Below, in pieces: positions 51,787 through 60,172 of a DNA stretch of 64,000 bases. The notes under the pieces were generated by a model that worked only from the letters and a program-made list of their open reading frames with translations, was not told where the DNA came from and made no database searches. The stretch's first letter is position 1; the number at the start of each line of letters is the position of its first letter. Made by a program: the position numbers and the translations under genes. Origin of the DNA: an uncultured Acidobacteriota bacterium (GTDB taxonomy: Bacteria; Acidobacteriota; Thermoanaerobaculia; Multivoradales; UBA5704). The stretch covers positions 704,481 to 768,480 of the forward strand of contig CAVYRF010000001.1 in assembly GCA_963770895.1 (NCBI GenBank), read 5' to 3'.

Positions 51787-53367
51787 TCAGTTCCAGCTCT
51801 TGCTCAGGTCGGGCATCGCCGGCGTCGTGTAATCTTTTCGAATCGCCGTCGGCCGTTCGCTGCGGCTGCACGCTTCAAGCCGCCCCAGCTCCAGCCAGGC
51901 GCTGCACAGCTGATCCAGCTCCTGCCGGATCTCCGCATCGGACGCGCCGTCTACAGCCGCAGGCGCGCCGGCGGCGGCGTTTGCAGGCAGGGCGGGCGGG
52001 GCAGGGGCAGCGCCCCGGGACCTGTCGCGCAGGCGCTGGCGGACCAGCAGATCGCGGTGCAGCAGGCGATGCAGGTGGCGATAGAAAGGCGTCTGATAGG
52101 TGCCCTGAAACATCATCGCCAGGTCGTTGCTGTCCTGCCAATGATCCTGCCCGTTGAGCTGGGCCTTGACCATCTCATGGAAGCGCGTGCCGGGCAGCGG
52201 GTAGCTGACGCTGATGCCGATCTCGTCGGGCAGCGTGTCGCGCACCAGCTGCACCGTCTGCTCGATGTCTTCAAAGGTTTCACCGGCGTAGCCGAACTGC
52301 AGGAAATAGCAGGCGCGGATGCCGGCGTCGCGCAGACGCTCGCGCACCACCGGGATCTGGCGCGCGTCGGTGCCCTTGTCCATGGCGTCCAGGATCTTCT
52401 GGCTGCCGCTTTCGACCCCCAGCCAGACCTCGTGGCAGCCGGCCTTGGCCAGGCCGGCCACGGCTTTTTCCGTCATGAGGTCGATGCGCGACTGGATCTT
52501 GAACGGGATCGAGCCGTCGAGCGCCGTCACCCGGTCGGCAAATTCGGCGACCCAGCGCGGCTGCAGGCCGAAGATGTCGTCGGCAAACCAGATCAGGTCG
52601 GGCTTCAGGCTGCGCTTCAGCAGCGCCATCTCTTCGGCCACGCTGGCCGGCGAGCGCATGGCGTAGCGCTGCCCCCAGATCGGTTTTGCGCACCAGTTGC
52701 AGTGGAAGGGGCAGCCGCGGGTGCTCACCATGTTGAGGCTGAAGTAGCCGTGGGCGCCGCGCCAGGCATTGCGGTAGCGTTCCACGTCGAGCAGGTCCCA
52801 GGCCGGCAGCGGAAAGACGTCGGGGTGGCGCTCGACGGCGCGCGAGCAGGTGCGCTGCACCCCGTCCGGCGCCGCCGGATCGGGGATCGCGAGGCCGGCC
52901 ACTTCGTTCACGCACCGGCCGTTGGCGCGGCCGGCAAGGATGTCGACCAGCTCGCCCAGGGTGTGATCGGCTTCGCCGGCCAGCACGTATTGCACGCCCT
53001 CGCGGAAGTACACCTCGGGATGATCGGACGCGTCGGAGCCGGCGGCGATCACCGTGGCGCCGGCGGCGCGCGCGTGCCGGCTCATGTTGCAGCCGGCGCG
53101 GCGGCTGTGCGCCAGACACATCTTATTGAGAAAGTTGAATTGATCTTCGTAAAGGGCGACGATAGCCGGTTGCGTTTCGGCCAGGAGCCGTTCGAACTCC
53201 TCTTCGCCATCGGCCAGCATGGCGTCGAACAGCGCCACCGAATAGCCGCGCCGCCGCAGTTCGCTGGCCGCGTACAGCGTGCCGAGCGGCGCGTAGGGCG
53301 ACATCTTTTCGATCTGCTTCGGATCATTCTTCAGAAAGAACGAATGGGCGAGGAGGATGTCGGTCAT
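51787..53367 (-). CDS. class B radical SAM enzyme, copy 4
   Basis: 526-aa ORF. Signature lines are MTDILLAHSFFLKNDPKQIEKMSPYAPLGTLYAASEL and GCPFHCNWC. This is the first gene of the minus-strand operon, with a 1-nt gap to the next gene. Confidence 0.9.
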   Translation of the reverse strand: MTDILLAHSFFLKNDPKQIEKMSPYAPLGTLYAASELRRRGYSVALFDAMLADGEEEFERLLAETQPAIVALYEDQFNFLNKMCLAHSRRAGCNMSRHARAAGATVIAAGSDASDHPEVYFREGVQYVLAGEADHTLGELVDILAGRANGRCVNEVAGLAIPDPAAPDGVQRTCSRAVERHPDVFPLPAWDLLDVERYRNAWRGAHGYFSLNMVSTRGCPFHCNWCAKPIWGQRYAMRSPASVAEEMALLKRSLKPDLIWFADDIFGLQPRWVAEFADRVTALDGSIPFKIQSRIDLMTEKAVAGLAKAGCHEVWLGVESGSQKILDAMDKGTDARQIPVVRERLRDAGIRACYFLQFGYAGETFEDIEQTVQLVRDTLPDEIGISVSYPLPGTRFHEMVKAQLNGQDHWQDSNDLAMMFQGTYQTPFYRHLHRLLHRDLLVRQRLRDRSRGAAPAPPALPANAAAGAPAAVDGASDAEIRQELDQLCSAWLELGRLEACSRSERPTAIRKDYTTPAMPDLSKSWN

Positions 53368-53474
53368 TCGATCCCCTACTCAAGGCCGCTGGCGATGGCG
53401 AGCGGCGGCAATGCTCAACTTTCGATCGTTGGCGGCGCGCCCGAGCCGACGAACTGATCTCCTAAGACCTCGTG

Positions 53475-53503
53475 AGAATACTTCTATCCTGCACGGTCGT
53501 CAA
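53475..53503 (-). promoter_or_regulatory. putative sigma70-type promoter of the radical SAM operon
   Basis: On the minus strand: TTGACG (complement of 53498-53503), a 17-nt spacer, then TATTCT (complement of 53475-53480). It sits in the AT-richest part of the 286-nt upstream region, about 108 nt before ATG 53367. Pattern match only. Confidence 0.3.
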
Positions 53504-53535
53504 CGCCAAAGTCAATGTCGGCACCGCGCGCGCCA

Positions 53536-53601
53536 GATCGGGGCCGCGCGCCGCCAGACGGCCAGCCCGATCCGGGCCGCGCGCCGCCAGGCGGCCAGCC
53601 C
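53536..53601. repeat. 33-bp direct repeat x 2 upstream of the radical SAM operon promoter
   Basis: GATCGGGGCCGCGCGCCGCCAGACGGCCAGCCC (53536-53568) and GATCCGGGCCGCGCGCCGCCAGGCGGCCAGCCC (53569-53601) differ at 2 positions. Confidence 0.8.
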
Positions 53602-53653
53602 GCATGCCGCCTGGCGAGAGGTGCCGGAGAGACAGCGGGGAACCGGCCTTCCT

Positions 53654-54916
53654 TCAGGGTGAAGGCGGCGTGCCGGCGGCGGCGCTCAGCGGCAGAAAGC
53701 GCGGCTCCGACACGACGCCCTTGTCGACGTTGCGCAGCACCAGCCCGGAGCCGCCGGCGGTGGCGGCACAGCCGGACAGCAAGACCCAGCTGTCCGCGGC
53801 CGGCACCAGCACCTGCGTCACCGGCAGGCGCTCGCCGTTTTTCGACACCACGTCGGCAGGCGCCTGGGCGACCTGCGCCCACGCGCCGTGCGGGTTCAGG
53901 CGTGTCAACACCACCTGTTCGGCGGCCGGCGAGCGGCGGTCGTACCACACCATCTGCAGGGCCCCGCGGCGATCGGCAAGCGGCAGGTCGATGCCGTACT
54001 CGGTGCCCTGCCGCCACATGCCGGTGGTGTCGCCGCCGCCCCACGGCGTCCAGGCGGAGCGCCGCCAGCTCTTGCCCAGGTCGGACGACAGGTAAGCCAC
54101 GCCGTCGGCCGAGATGTACGCGGCGTCGTTGCCGCCCAGGGCCAGGATCTGGCCGCGCCGGTCTGCTGTCACGCCCGGCAGCCCCTTGACCCAGGTTTCG
54201 GGCGGCGCGCCGGCGCTGAACAGGCCGGTGCCCGAGACCACGCCGTCCGCCTGCTGCGGCGCCGGCGTCACCTGCGGCTGGCCGACCGCCGTCACCTCCA
54301 GGCCGCCGTGCGATTTCCACTCGCGCCCTTCCAGGCGGTAGGCCCACGCCTGGTAGAGGCCCGGCTTGGTGCCCGCGGCATGCGCCATCAGCCACGGGGC
54401 GCCGCCCTCGTCATAGGTGCCGGCCAGGGTGGCCCCCGCCGGCAGGGTCACCGCTTCGCCGAGCGGCTGCCAGCCGCCGTGGTCCCAGCGCACCGGCTGC
54501 ACGCATTGCGCGCCGCAGGGCTCGACCGCGACCACCGGCCCCGGCCCGATCGAGCCGCCGTAGCGGCCGGAGGGGCGCTCGGGAAACGCTCGCGCTTCGT
54601 GCCCGCTGCCGTCCAGCTGCACCGTCCAGCCGCCGCTGCCGCCGCTGTCGCCGTTGTCGTCGGTCAGCGAGAACAGCATCAGGCCCGAGCGGGTGTCCAT
54701 GCCGATCAGCGTCAACGCCGACGCGGCGTCGCACGCCGGTCCGCCGCCCGCGGCATTGCCGGCGCGCCCTTGCACACGCTCGGGGGGCGGCGCCGCTGCC
54801 AGGCGGGGCGCGCCGGCCAGCAGCGCGGTCATCGCGACGATCAGCAGCGCCGCCGGGGCAGTGGTGAAGAGCGCCGCGGTAGCGGCGGGGCGTGAGATCG
54901 CGGCGCTTCGTTTCAT
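53654..54916 (-). CDS. secreted BNR/Asp-box (sialidase-like beta-propeller) protein
   Basis: 420 aa from ATG 54916, overlapping the upstream stop (ATGA). The signal-like N-terminus is MKRSAAISRPAATAALFTTAPAALLIVAMTALLAGA. It has an Asp-box-like SSDLGKSW. Confidence 0.6.
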   Translation of the reverse strand: MKRSAAISRPAATAALFTTAPAALLIVAMTALLAGAPRLAAAPPPERVQGRAGNAAGGGPACDAASALTLIGMDTRSGLMLFSLTDDNGDSGGSGGWTVQLDGSGHEARAFPERPSGRYGGSIGPGPVVAVEPCGAQCVQPVRWDHGGWQPLGEAVTLPAGATLAGTYDEGGAPWLMAHAAGTKPGLYQAWAYRLEGREWKSHGGLEVTAVGQPQVTPAPQQADGVVSGTGLFSAGAPPETWVKGLPGVTADRRGQILALGGNDAAYISADGVAYLSSDLGKSWRRSAWTPWGGGDTTGMWRQGTEYGIDLPLADRRGALQMVWYDRRSPAAEQVVLTRLNPHGAWAQVAQAPADVVSKNGERLPVTQVLVPAADSWVLLSGCAATAGGSGLVLRNVDKGVVSEPRFLPLSAAAGTPPSP

Positions 54917-55953
54917 CTTGAGGTCTCCCGGCCGCCTGGGCCGCCTGAATGATTGGGCTGCTGAGCCATCCCCACCCGCACCGGCCGCGCCGGCACGCCC
55001 GCCACCGTGACGCCGGCGGCCACGTCGTCCACCACCACGGCGCCGGCGGCGACCGTCGCATCGTCGCCGACGTGGACGCCGCCCAACACCAGCGCGCCGG
55101 CGCCGATGGTGACCCGGTCGCCGACCCGCGGGTAGTCCAGCTCGTCGAAACGGGCTTCCCCCAGCGTGACGCCGTGCAGCAGCGTGCAATCCTGTCCGAT
55201 CACCGTGTAGCCGCCGATCACCAGGCCGACGCCATGGGCGATGATGCAGCCGCCGCCGATCTGGGCGCGCGGCAGGATGTCGACGCCGCAGGCGCCGATC
55301 GCCCAGCGGCGGCAGGCCGCGGGCAGCGCCGGCACCCGCCACCGCAGCAGTGTATGCGCCATCCGGTAGGCCAGCAGCGCCTGAAACCCGGAATCGAACA
55401 CCAGGGCATCCAGCAAGGCCACCAGGAAGCTACGCCCCTTGACTTGGCGCAGCCGATGAAAATCTCGTGCCAGCGGCTGCCAGAACCGGGCCGCCGCCAG
55501 CCGGGGCGGTGGTGTCGTCGTGCCTCGCCGCACTCCCGTTGGGCGGTTGTCGGCCGCGGCTGGATCGCTCCCCGTCGGTGCGGGCTCGACCGCCGCGGGT
55601 GCGGGTTCGACCGCCGTGGGTGTGGGCTCGACCGCCGTGGGTGCGGGTTCGACCGCCGCGGGTGCGGGCTCGACCGCCGCGGGTGTGGGCTCGACCGCCG
55701 GGGGTGCGGGTTCGACCGCCGTGGGTGCGGGTTCGACCGCCGCGGGTGTGGGCTCGACCGCCGGGGGTGGGGAAGGCCGCGGTGCGGCGCCGGACGGCGT
55801 CGTGTCGAGCGCCTCCGGCCGGCGCGCCGGTTCGGCGCCGGCAGGCGCCGCCCCTGGACCGGATCGCCCGGCTTCCGTGGGTGCCTCAGGTGGGTTGTCC
55901 CGCGCTGACGGCTGACCGGCCGGCCCGGTGGCGTTTGGGTCGGCGGCGCTCAT
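54913..55953 (-). CDS. serine-O-acetyltransferase-like hexapeptide-repeat acyltransferase with repeat-rich N-terminus
   Basis: 346 aa from ATG 55953. The C-terminal part GGCIIAHGVGLVIGGYTVIGQDCTLLHGVTLG...RVGDRVTIGAGALVLGGVHVGDDATVAAGAVV is a left-handed beta-helix. Confidence 0.8.
   Translation of the reverse strand: MSAADPNATGPAGQPSARDNPPEAPTEAGRSGPGAAPAGAEPARRPEALDTTPSGAAPRPSPPPAVEPTPAAVEPAPTAVEPAPPAVEPTPAAVEPAPAAVEPAPTAVEPTPTAVEPAPAAVEPAPTGSDPAAADNRPTGVRRGTTTPPPRLAAARFWQPLARDFHRLRQVKGRSFLVALLDALVFDSGFQALLAYRMAHTLLRWRVPALPAACRRWAIGACGVDILPRAQIGGGCIIAHGVGLVIGGYTVIGQDCTLLHGVTLGEARFDELDYPRVGDRVTIGAGALVLGGVHVGDDATVAAGAVVVDDVAAGVTVAGVPARPVRVGMAQQPNHSGGPGGRETSR
55578..55766 (-). repeat. 21-bp in-frame tandem repeat x 9 (AVEPxPx) in the acetyltransferase gene
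   Basis: Plus-strand units GTGYGGGYTCGACCGCCGNGG run from 55578 with a period of exactly 21 nt. They encode AVEPTPA, AVEPAPT and similar heptads. Confidence 0.85.
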
Positions 55954-56831
55954 CGGGGATCTCCGGCGGCTGGCCGATGGCGGCCGGGGGCGGGCCGCGC
56001 GCGGCGGCGCAGGGCGCGCAGCAGGCCCAGGCGGGGCAGGCGGCTCCACCAGGGGTAGGCGCCGCTCGCCTTGAGCAGCAGCTCGAAGCGGCTGTCGCCG
56101 GGGTTGACGGCGAAGCGGGGTACTGCAAATGGATCGCCGGCGCGGCTGGATGCGCCGGCGTGGGCAGTGGCGGCGGTGGCGGCGGTGGCGACAATACCGT
56201 GGATGGCGGCGGCGGCCAGGTAGCCGGCGGCGGCCACGGCGGCGCGGGTGCGGGAGTTGTAGGCGCCGTAGGGGTAGCAGAAGGTGGCGACCGGTTGGCC
56301 GACCGCCGCCGCCAGGTCCTCGCGCGAACCGGCGATCTCGGCGGCCAGGCCGGCTTCGTCGCAGGTGGTCAGGTCGCGATGGTGCCGGCTGTGCGAGCCG
56401 ATCTCGATGCCGGCCGCGGCCAGCCGGCGCAGCGCCGCCGCGTCCAGCAGCTCTTCGCGGCGCTCGGCCGGTCCCCGCGGCGGCCGGTCCCAGGCGTTGG
56501 TGCCGCCCAGCTCGCCGCTGACCGCGAACAACGTTGCAGTCATGCCGCGTGCGGCCAGCGCCGGCGCCGCGTGGTCGCGGAAGCAGCGGCAGCCGTCGTC
56601 GAAGGTGAGCACCACCGGCCGCCGCGGCAGCGGCCGCCCGTCGCGCTGCCGCGCCATGGCGTCCGCCAGCGTCAGCGTCGTGCAGCCGCGCGCGGCCAGG
56701 GCGTCCAGCGCCGCGTCGAACTGCCCCTGCGCCAGGTAGCTGTCGGGGTGCATCGGCGGCGGTTCCAGCTCGCCCGCCGGCACCGCCTCGACATGGTGAA
56801 ACATCAGCACCGGCAGCACCCGACGGATCAT
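55950..56831 (-). CDS. polysaccharide deacetylase (NodB homology domain)
   Basis: 293 aa from ATG 56831. Signature lines are VVLTFDDGCR and IGSHSRHH. There are ATGA overlaps at both ends. Confidence 0.85.
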   Translation of the reverse strand: MIRRVLPVLMFHHVEAVPAGELEPPPMHPDSYLAQGQFDAALDALAARGCTTLTLADAMARQRDGRPLPRRPVVLTFDDGCRCFRDHAAPALAARGMTATLFAVSGELGGTNAWDRPPRGPAERREELLDAAALRRLAAAGIEIGSHSRHHRDLTTCDEAGLAAEIAGSREDLAAAVGQPVATFCYPYGAYNSRTRAAVAAAGYLAAAAIHGIVATAATAATAHAGASSRAGDPFAVPRFAVNPGDSRFELLLKASGAYPWWSRLPRLGLLRALRRRARPAPGRHRPAAGDPR

Positions 56832-58363
56832 GACGTGGGCCGCCGCGCCGGAGACGCCGCCGGCTGCGCCGGCTCCGGCATCGCTGGCGCGACAGCGGCC
56901 GTGGCGGCCTTGGTGGTCGTGGCGCGATCCAGGAGGGTCCCGCCCGGCTCGTCGCCGGCGCGGTCCGGCGGTGTTCCGGCGGCGCCTGCGCCGGCGGCCG
57001 GCGACGGCGGCGTCACGGCAGGCAGCGGCGACGGCGGCGTCACGGTCGGCGGCGGCTGCGGCGTCACGGTCGGCGGCGGCTGCGGCGTCACGGTCGGCGG
57101 CGGCGGCGGCGTGGCAAGCCCCGGCGCCTGGGGCCGCGAAGCCAGGGAGGTCAGCAACTGGGCGTAGGCTTGCACCATGGCTTCGATCGGAAAGGATGCG
57201 GCCCGCTGCCTGGGTAGCTCGCCCCAGTCGCGCGCCAGCGCGCTGCCCAGGGCCTGCGCATAGGCGTCGGGATCGGCGACGTCGCAGAACACCCCGGCGG
57301 CGCCGATCACTTCGTGCCGCACCGCGTCGTCCGGCGCGACCACCGGCAGGCCGCAGGCCAGCGCTTCCAGGTAGACCAGGCCGAACGACTCCGTGCGCGA
57401 CGGTAGCGTAAAGCAATCGGCAGCCCCATACCAGGCGGGCATCTCGCCGCGCGGCACCACCCGCCGCAGGTAGCGGCCGGCGCCCAGGCGCTCACCCGCC
57501 AGCCGATCGAGCGCCGCGGCCTCGGGTCCGTCGCCCAGCACCACCAAGCTGCCACCGCCGGCACTACCGCCGCCGGCCTTACCGCCCCCGCCGCTCCCGC
57601 CGCCGCTACTACCGCCGCCGGCCAATCGCGCCACCGCCTCGACCGCCAGGTGCATCCGCTTGTGTGCATCGACCGCCCCCACCGCCAGCACGCGCGGATG
57701 CGGCAGCGCATCCAGCTCCGCTGGGGGAGCCCCGGCCGGCGCCGGCGGCGCCGCCGCGGCGTCGTGCGCCGGGCCATCCATCGGCGGCCGGTGGGCCGGA
57801 GGGCGGAAGAGCGCCAGGTCCACGCCGTGCGGGATCACCACGACGTGGGCGCCGGGGGCGCGCTGGCGCAGCATCGCGGCGGCGGCGGCGGTGAAGGTGA
57901 CGACGCGATCGGGGCGCTGGCGCGCAAAGGCGCCTTCCCACTTGGGGTCCAGGCCGTGCGCGATGTCCACGAACGGCACGCCGCGCACGCGCCGCAGCAG
58001 GCGGCACAGCCAGGCGCCCACCAGGCCGCCCTCCATCACCACGACGTCGAAGCCGCCGCGCCACAGGTGGGGCAGGGCCGCCAGGGCGGCGCTGTACCAT
58101 TCCAGGCTCAGCGGATCCAGAAACAGGGTGTCCAGCGCCTTCTTCCCCAGGCGCGTGGCGCGGTAGGCGGCCACCACCCAGCGCTGGTCGCGCGGCAGGG
58201 CGCGGATGCGGCTGTGCGGCACCGTCGCCGGCGCCGGGCCGCGGCTGAACAGCCGCACCTCCCAGCCGGGCAGCGCCGCCAGCCGCTCGCACAGCTCGAC
58301 CACGAACGCCTCGGCGCCGCGCCGCTCGATCCCGACGCCGGGCATGACAAAGCCAACCCGCAT
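56828..58363 (-). CDS. GT4-family glycosyltransferase with Gly/Ser insertion and Pro-rich C-terminal repeats
   Basis: 511-aa ORF. The core has PSRTESFGLVYLEALACGLPVVA (EX7E). The insertion is GGGSSGGGSGGGGKAGGGSAGGGS. The C-terminus has TVTPQPPP x 3. Confidence 0.85.
   Translation of the reverse strand: MRVGFVMPGVGIERRGAEAFVVELCERLAALPGWEVRLFSRGPAPATVPHSRIRALPRDQRWVVAAYRATRLGKKALDTLFLDPLSLEWYSAALAALPHLWRGGFDVVVMEGGLVGAWLCRLLRRVRGVPFVDIAHGLDPKWEGAFARQRPDRVVTFTAAAAAMLRQRAPGAHVVVIPHGVDLALFRPPAHRPPMDGPAHDAAAAPPAPAGAPPAELDALPHPRVLAVGAVDAHKRMHLAVEAVARLAGGGSSGGGSGGGGKAGGGSAGGGSLVVLGDGPEAAALDRLAGERLGAGRYLRRVVPRGEMPAWYGAADCFTLPSRTESFGLVYLEALACGLPVVAPDDAVRHEVIGAAGVFCDVADPDAYAQALGSALARDWGELPRQRAASFPIEAMVQAYAQLLTSLASRPQAPGLATPPPPPTVTPQPPPTVTPQPPPTVTPPSPLPAVTPPSPAAGAGAAGTPPDRAGDEPGGTLLDRATTTKAATAAVAPAMPEPAQPAASPARRPTS
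57005..57110 (-). repeat. 24-bp in-frame tandem repeat x about 3-4 (TVTPQPPP) at the 3' end of the GT4 gene
   Basis: GGCGTCACGG recurs at about 57008, 57036, 57059 and 57083 on the plus strand. Confidence 0.6.
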
Positions 58364-58536
58364 CAGGTCTCCGGCCCCTCTCCCGCCCCCGCTCCAGCTC
58401 CCGGCCCCGCCCCCGGCGGCGCCCAGCGGCCCTGGGACCGGCGGTTCGCAAAGCTGCGGCGGCGGTGCGGCCAGCGCCGCCGCGCCAGGGAGCGCACCAA
58501 GCCGGGGGAAGGACGGGATGTCTCCATCACGTCACC

Positions 58537-60066
58537 TCAACGGTCCGTCAGCGGCAGCGCCGCGTCGCCGGGCAGCGCCGCCTGCTCGCCCGCCAGGGCG
58601 GCCGCCCACGCCGCCGGCGGCGGCTCGGGAGCGGCGGCGAAGAAGCCGCGGAAGGGCCTGCCGAAACGCAGCAGGTAGAGGCCGCAGGCCGCGACTGCGG
58701 CGGGCACCGAGGCCGCCAGGCGCCCCCAGCTGGCGGCGGGCTGCCACCAGGCGACCAGGGCGAACAGCGGCAGCGGCGCCAGGTAGACGTAGGCCAGGTC
58801 GAGCGCCAGGCGGCCGAACTCGGCGCCGCCGCAGATGCGGTAGATGCGCCAGCCCATCAGCAGGCCGCCCAGCAGCAGGTAGTTCGCCCAGGCCATGCCG
58901 ATGGTGCCGAGGTGGGTGGTGAGCAGGACCCCGAAGGCGGCCAGCGACACCATGTTCAGCGCCACGACGGCGAACCAGTCGCGATCGTGGCCCTCGGTTT
59001 TGAGCAGCTCGCCGCCGAGCGGCGAAAAGGGATCGGCGAGCGGCGCAAAGCAGAGCACCTGCACCAGCGGCACCGCCTTGACCCACTGCGGGCCGATCAG
59101 GATGCGCACCAGGACGATCTGGGCGTTGAACGACAGGAAGTAGGCGCCCAGGGTCTGCAGGCCCAGGAGAGTCACCGTCCCCATCCGGTAGGCGCCCAGG
59201 TAGCGCGCGCGGTCGCCGCGCCGGCGGTAGTCGATGAGCGCCGGATAGAGCACCCGCGCCACCGCCGGCAGCACCAGTTCCTGCAGGCGGAAGCCCCATT
59301 CGCGCGCCTTGCTGTATTGCGCCGCCCAAAAGGCGCCGGCTGCCACTCCCAGGCCGGAGCCGACGATGAGGTTGCTGACCTGCGGCACCGGCAGCGCCGC
59401 CAGGGCGATCAGAAACAGAAACGAGCTGCCGGCGATCATGCGCGGCAGCAGGCGCAGGTCGGCCGCCGTCAGGGCGAGCGGTACCCGCCCCCAGGCGCGG
59501 CGCCACAGCAACACGGCGAACAGCGCGGCGCCGGCGAGCTGACCGGCGACCAGGCTCCAGACGCCTGCCCCGGCCGCGGCCATGGCGATCGAAACCGCCG
59601 CCACCGCCGCGCCGCGCGCGATCTCGGGCGCCACCAGCCGGCCGACTGCCAGCTCGCATTCGAAGTAGACGCGCGGCACGACCGCCAGCCCGTCGAGCAG
59701 CACCCACCAGGCATAGACGCCGAGCACCGCCGGCAGCTCCCGGCTGAGCCCGGCGCTCCACGGCGCCGCCAGCGCCAGACCGGCGGAGAGCACGACGCCC
59801 GCCCCCACCTCCCAGGCCAGGACCGCGCCGTACGGCCGGCGCGGGTGCCGCACCAGCTCGTAGGGGAGCCCCAGGTCGCGCACGATGCCGACGATCACCG
59901 TGAACGCCAGCGCCAGCGCGTAGACGCCGAAGGCGTCGGGCAGGATGATGCGGGCCAGGGCCAGGTCGCTGGCGGCACGGATCAGCACCCGCGCCAGCTG
60001 GCTGCCGTAGGCCGCCAGGGTGGACTGCAGGAATCGCCGCTCGCTGTCCCGCATGTGGCGGCTCAT
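58537..60066 (-). CDS. MOP/Wzx-type polysaccharide (oligosaccharide) flippase
   Basis: 509 aa from ATG 60066, in frame with ORF 58537..60144. There are about 12-14 hydrophobic segments, and the N-terminal YGSQLARVLIRAASDLALARIILPDAFGVYALA is typical of polysaccharide biosynthesis protein family members. Confidence 0.8.
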   Translation of the reverse strand: MSRHMRDSERRFLQSTLAAYGSQLARVLIRAASDLALARIILPDAFGVYALALAFTVIVGIVRDLGLPYELVRHPRRPYGAVLAWEVGAGVVLSAGLALAAPWSAGLSRELPAVLGVYAWWVLLDGLAVVPRVYFECELAVGRLVAPEIARGAAVAAVSIAMAAAGAGVWSLVAGQLAGAALFAVLLWRRAWGRVPLALTAADLRLLPRMIAGSSFLFLIALAALPVPQVSNLIVGSGLGVAAGAFWAAQYSKAREWGFRLQELVLPAVARVLYPALIDYRRRGDRARYLGAYRMGTVTLLGLQTLGAYFLSFNAQIVLVRILIGPQWVKAVPLVQVLCFAPLADPFSPLGGELLKTEGHDRDWFAVVALNMVSLAAFGVLLTTHLGTIGMAWANYLLLGGLLMGWRIYRICGGAEFGRLALDLAYVYLAPLPLFALVAWWQPAASWGRLAASVPAAVAACGLYLLRFGRPFRGFFAAAPEPPPAAWAAALAGEQAALPGDAALPLTDR

Positions 60067-60172
60067 TGTGTCACCACCGGCCGCGCGCTTGGCACCCAGC
60101 GCCGCCGCCCGGCGCCGCCAGCGGTGGCGATCCGCCGTCGCCACCCTCGCCGCCGGCGCGCGGCGCGCTGGT

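Noticed and set aside
53368-53474. Cobalamin or SAM riboswitch in the leader of the radical SAM operon
   Set aside because: The leader is only about 100 nt, and I could not find a B12-box-like (AGYCMGGAGACCKGCC-type) or SAM-I/II signature. An Rfam scan is needed to exclude it formally.
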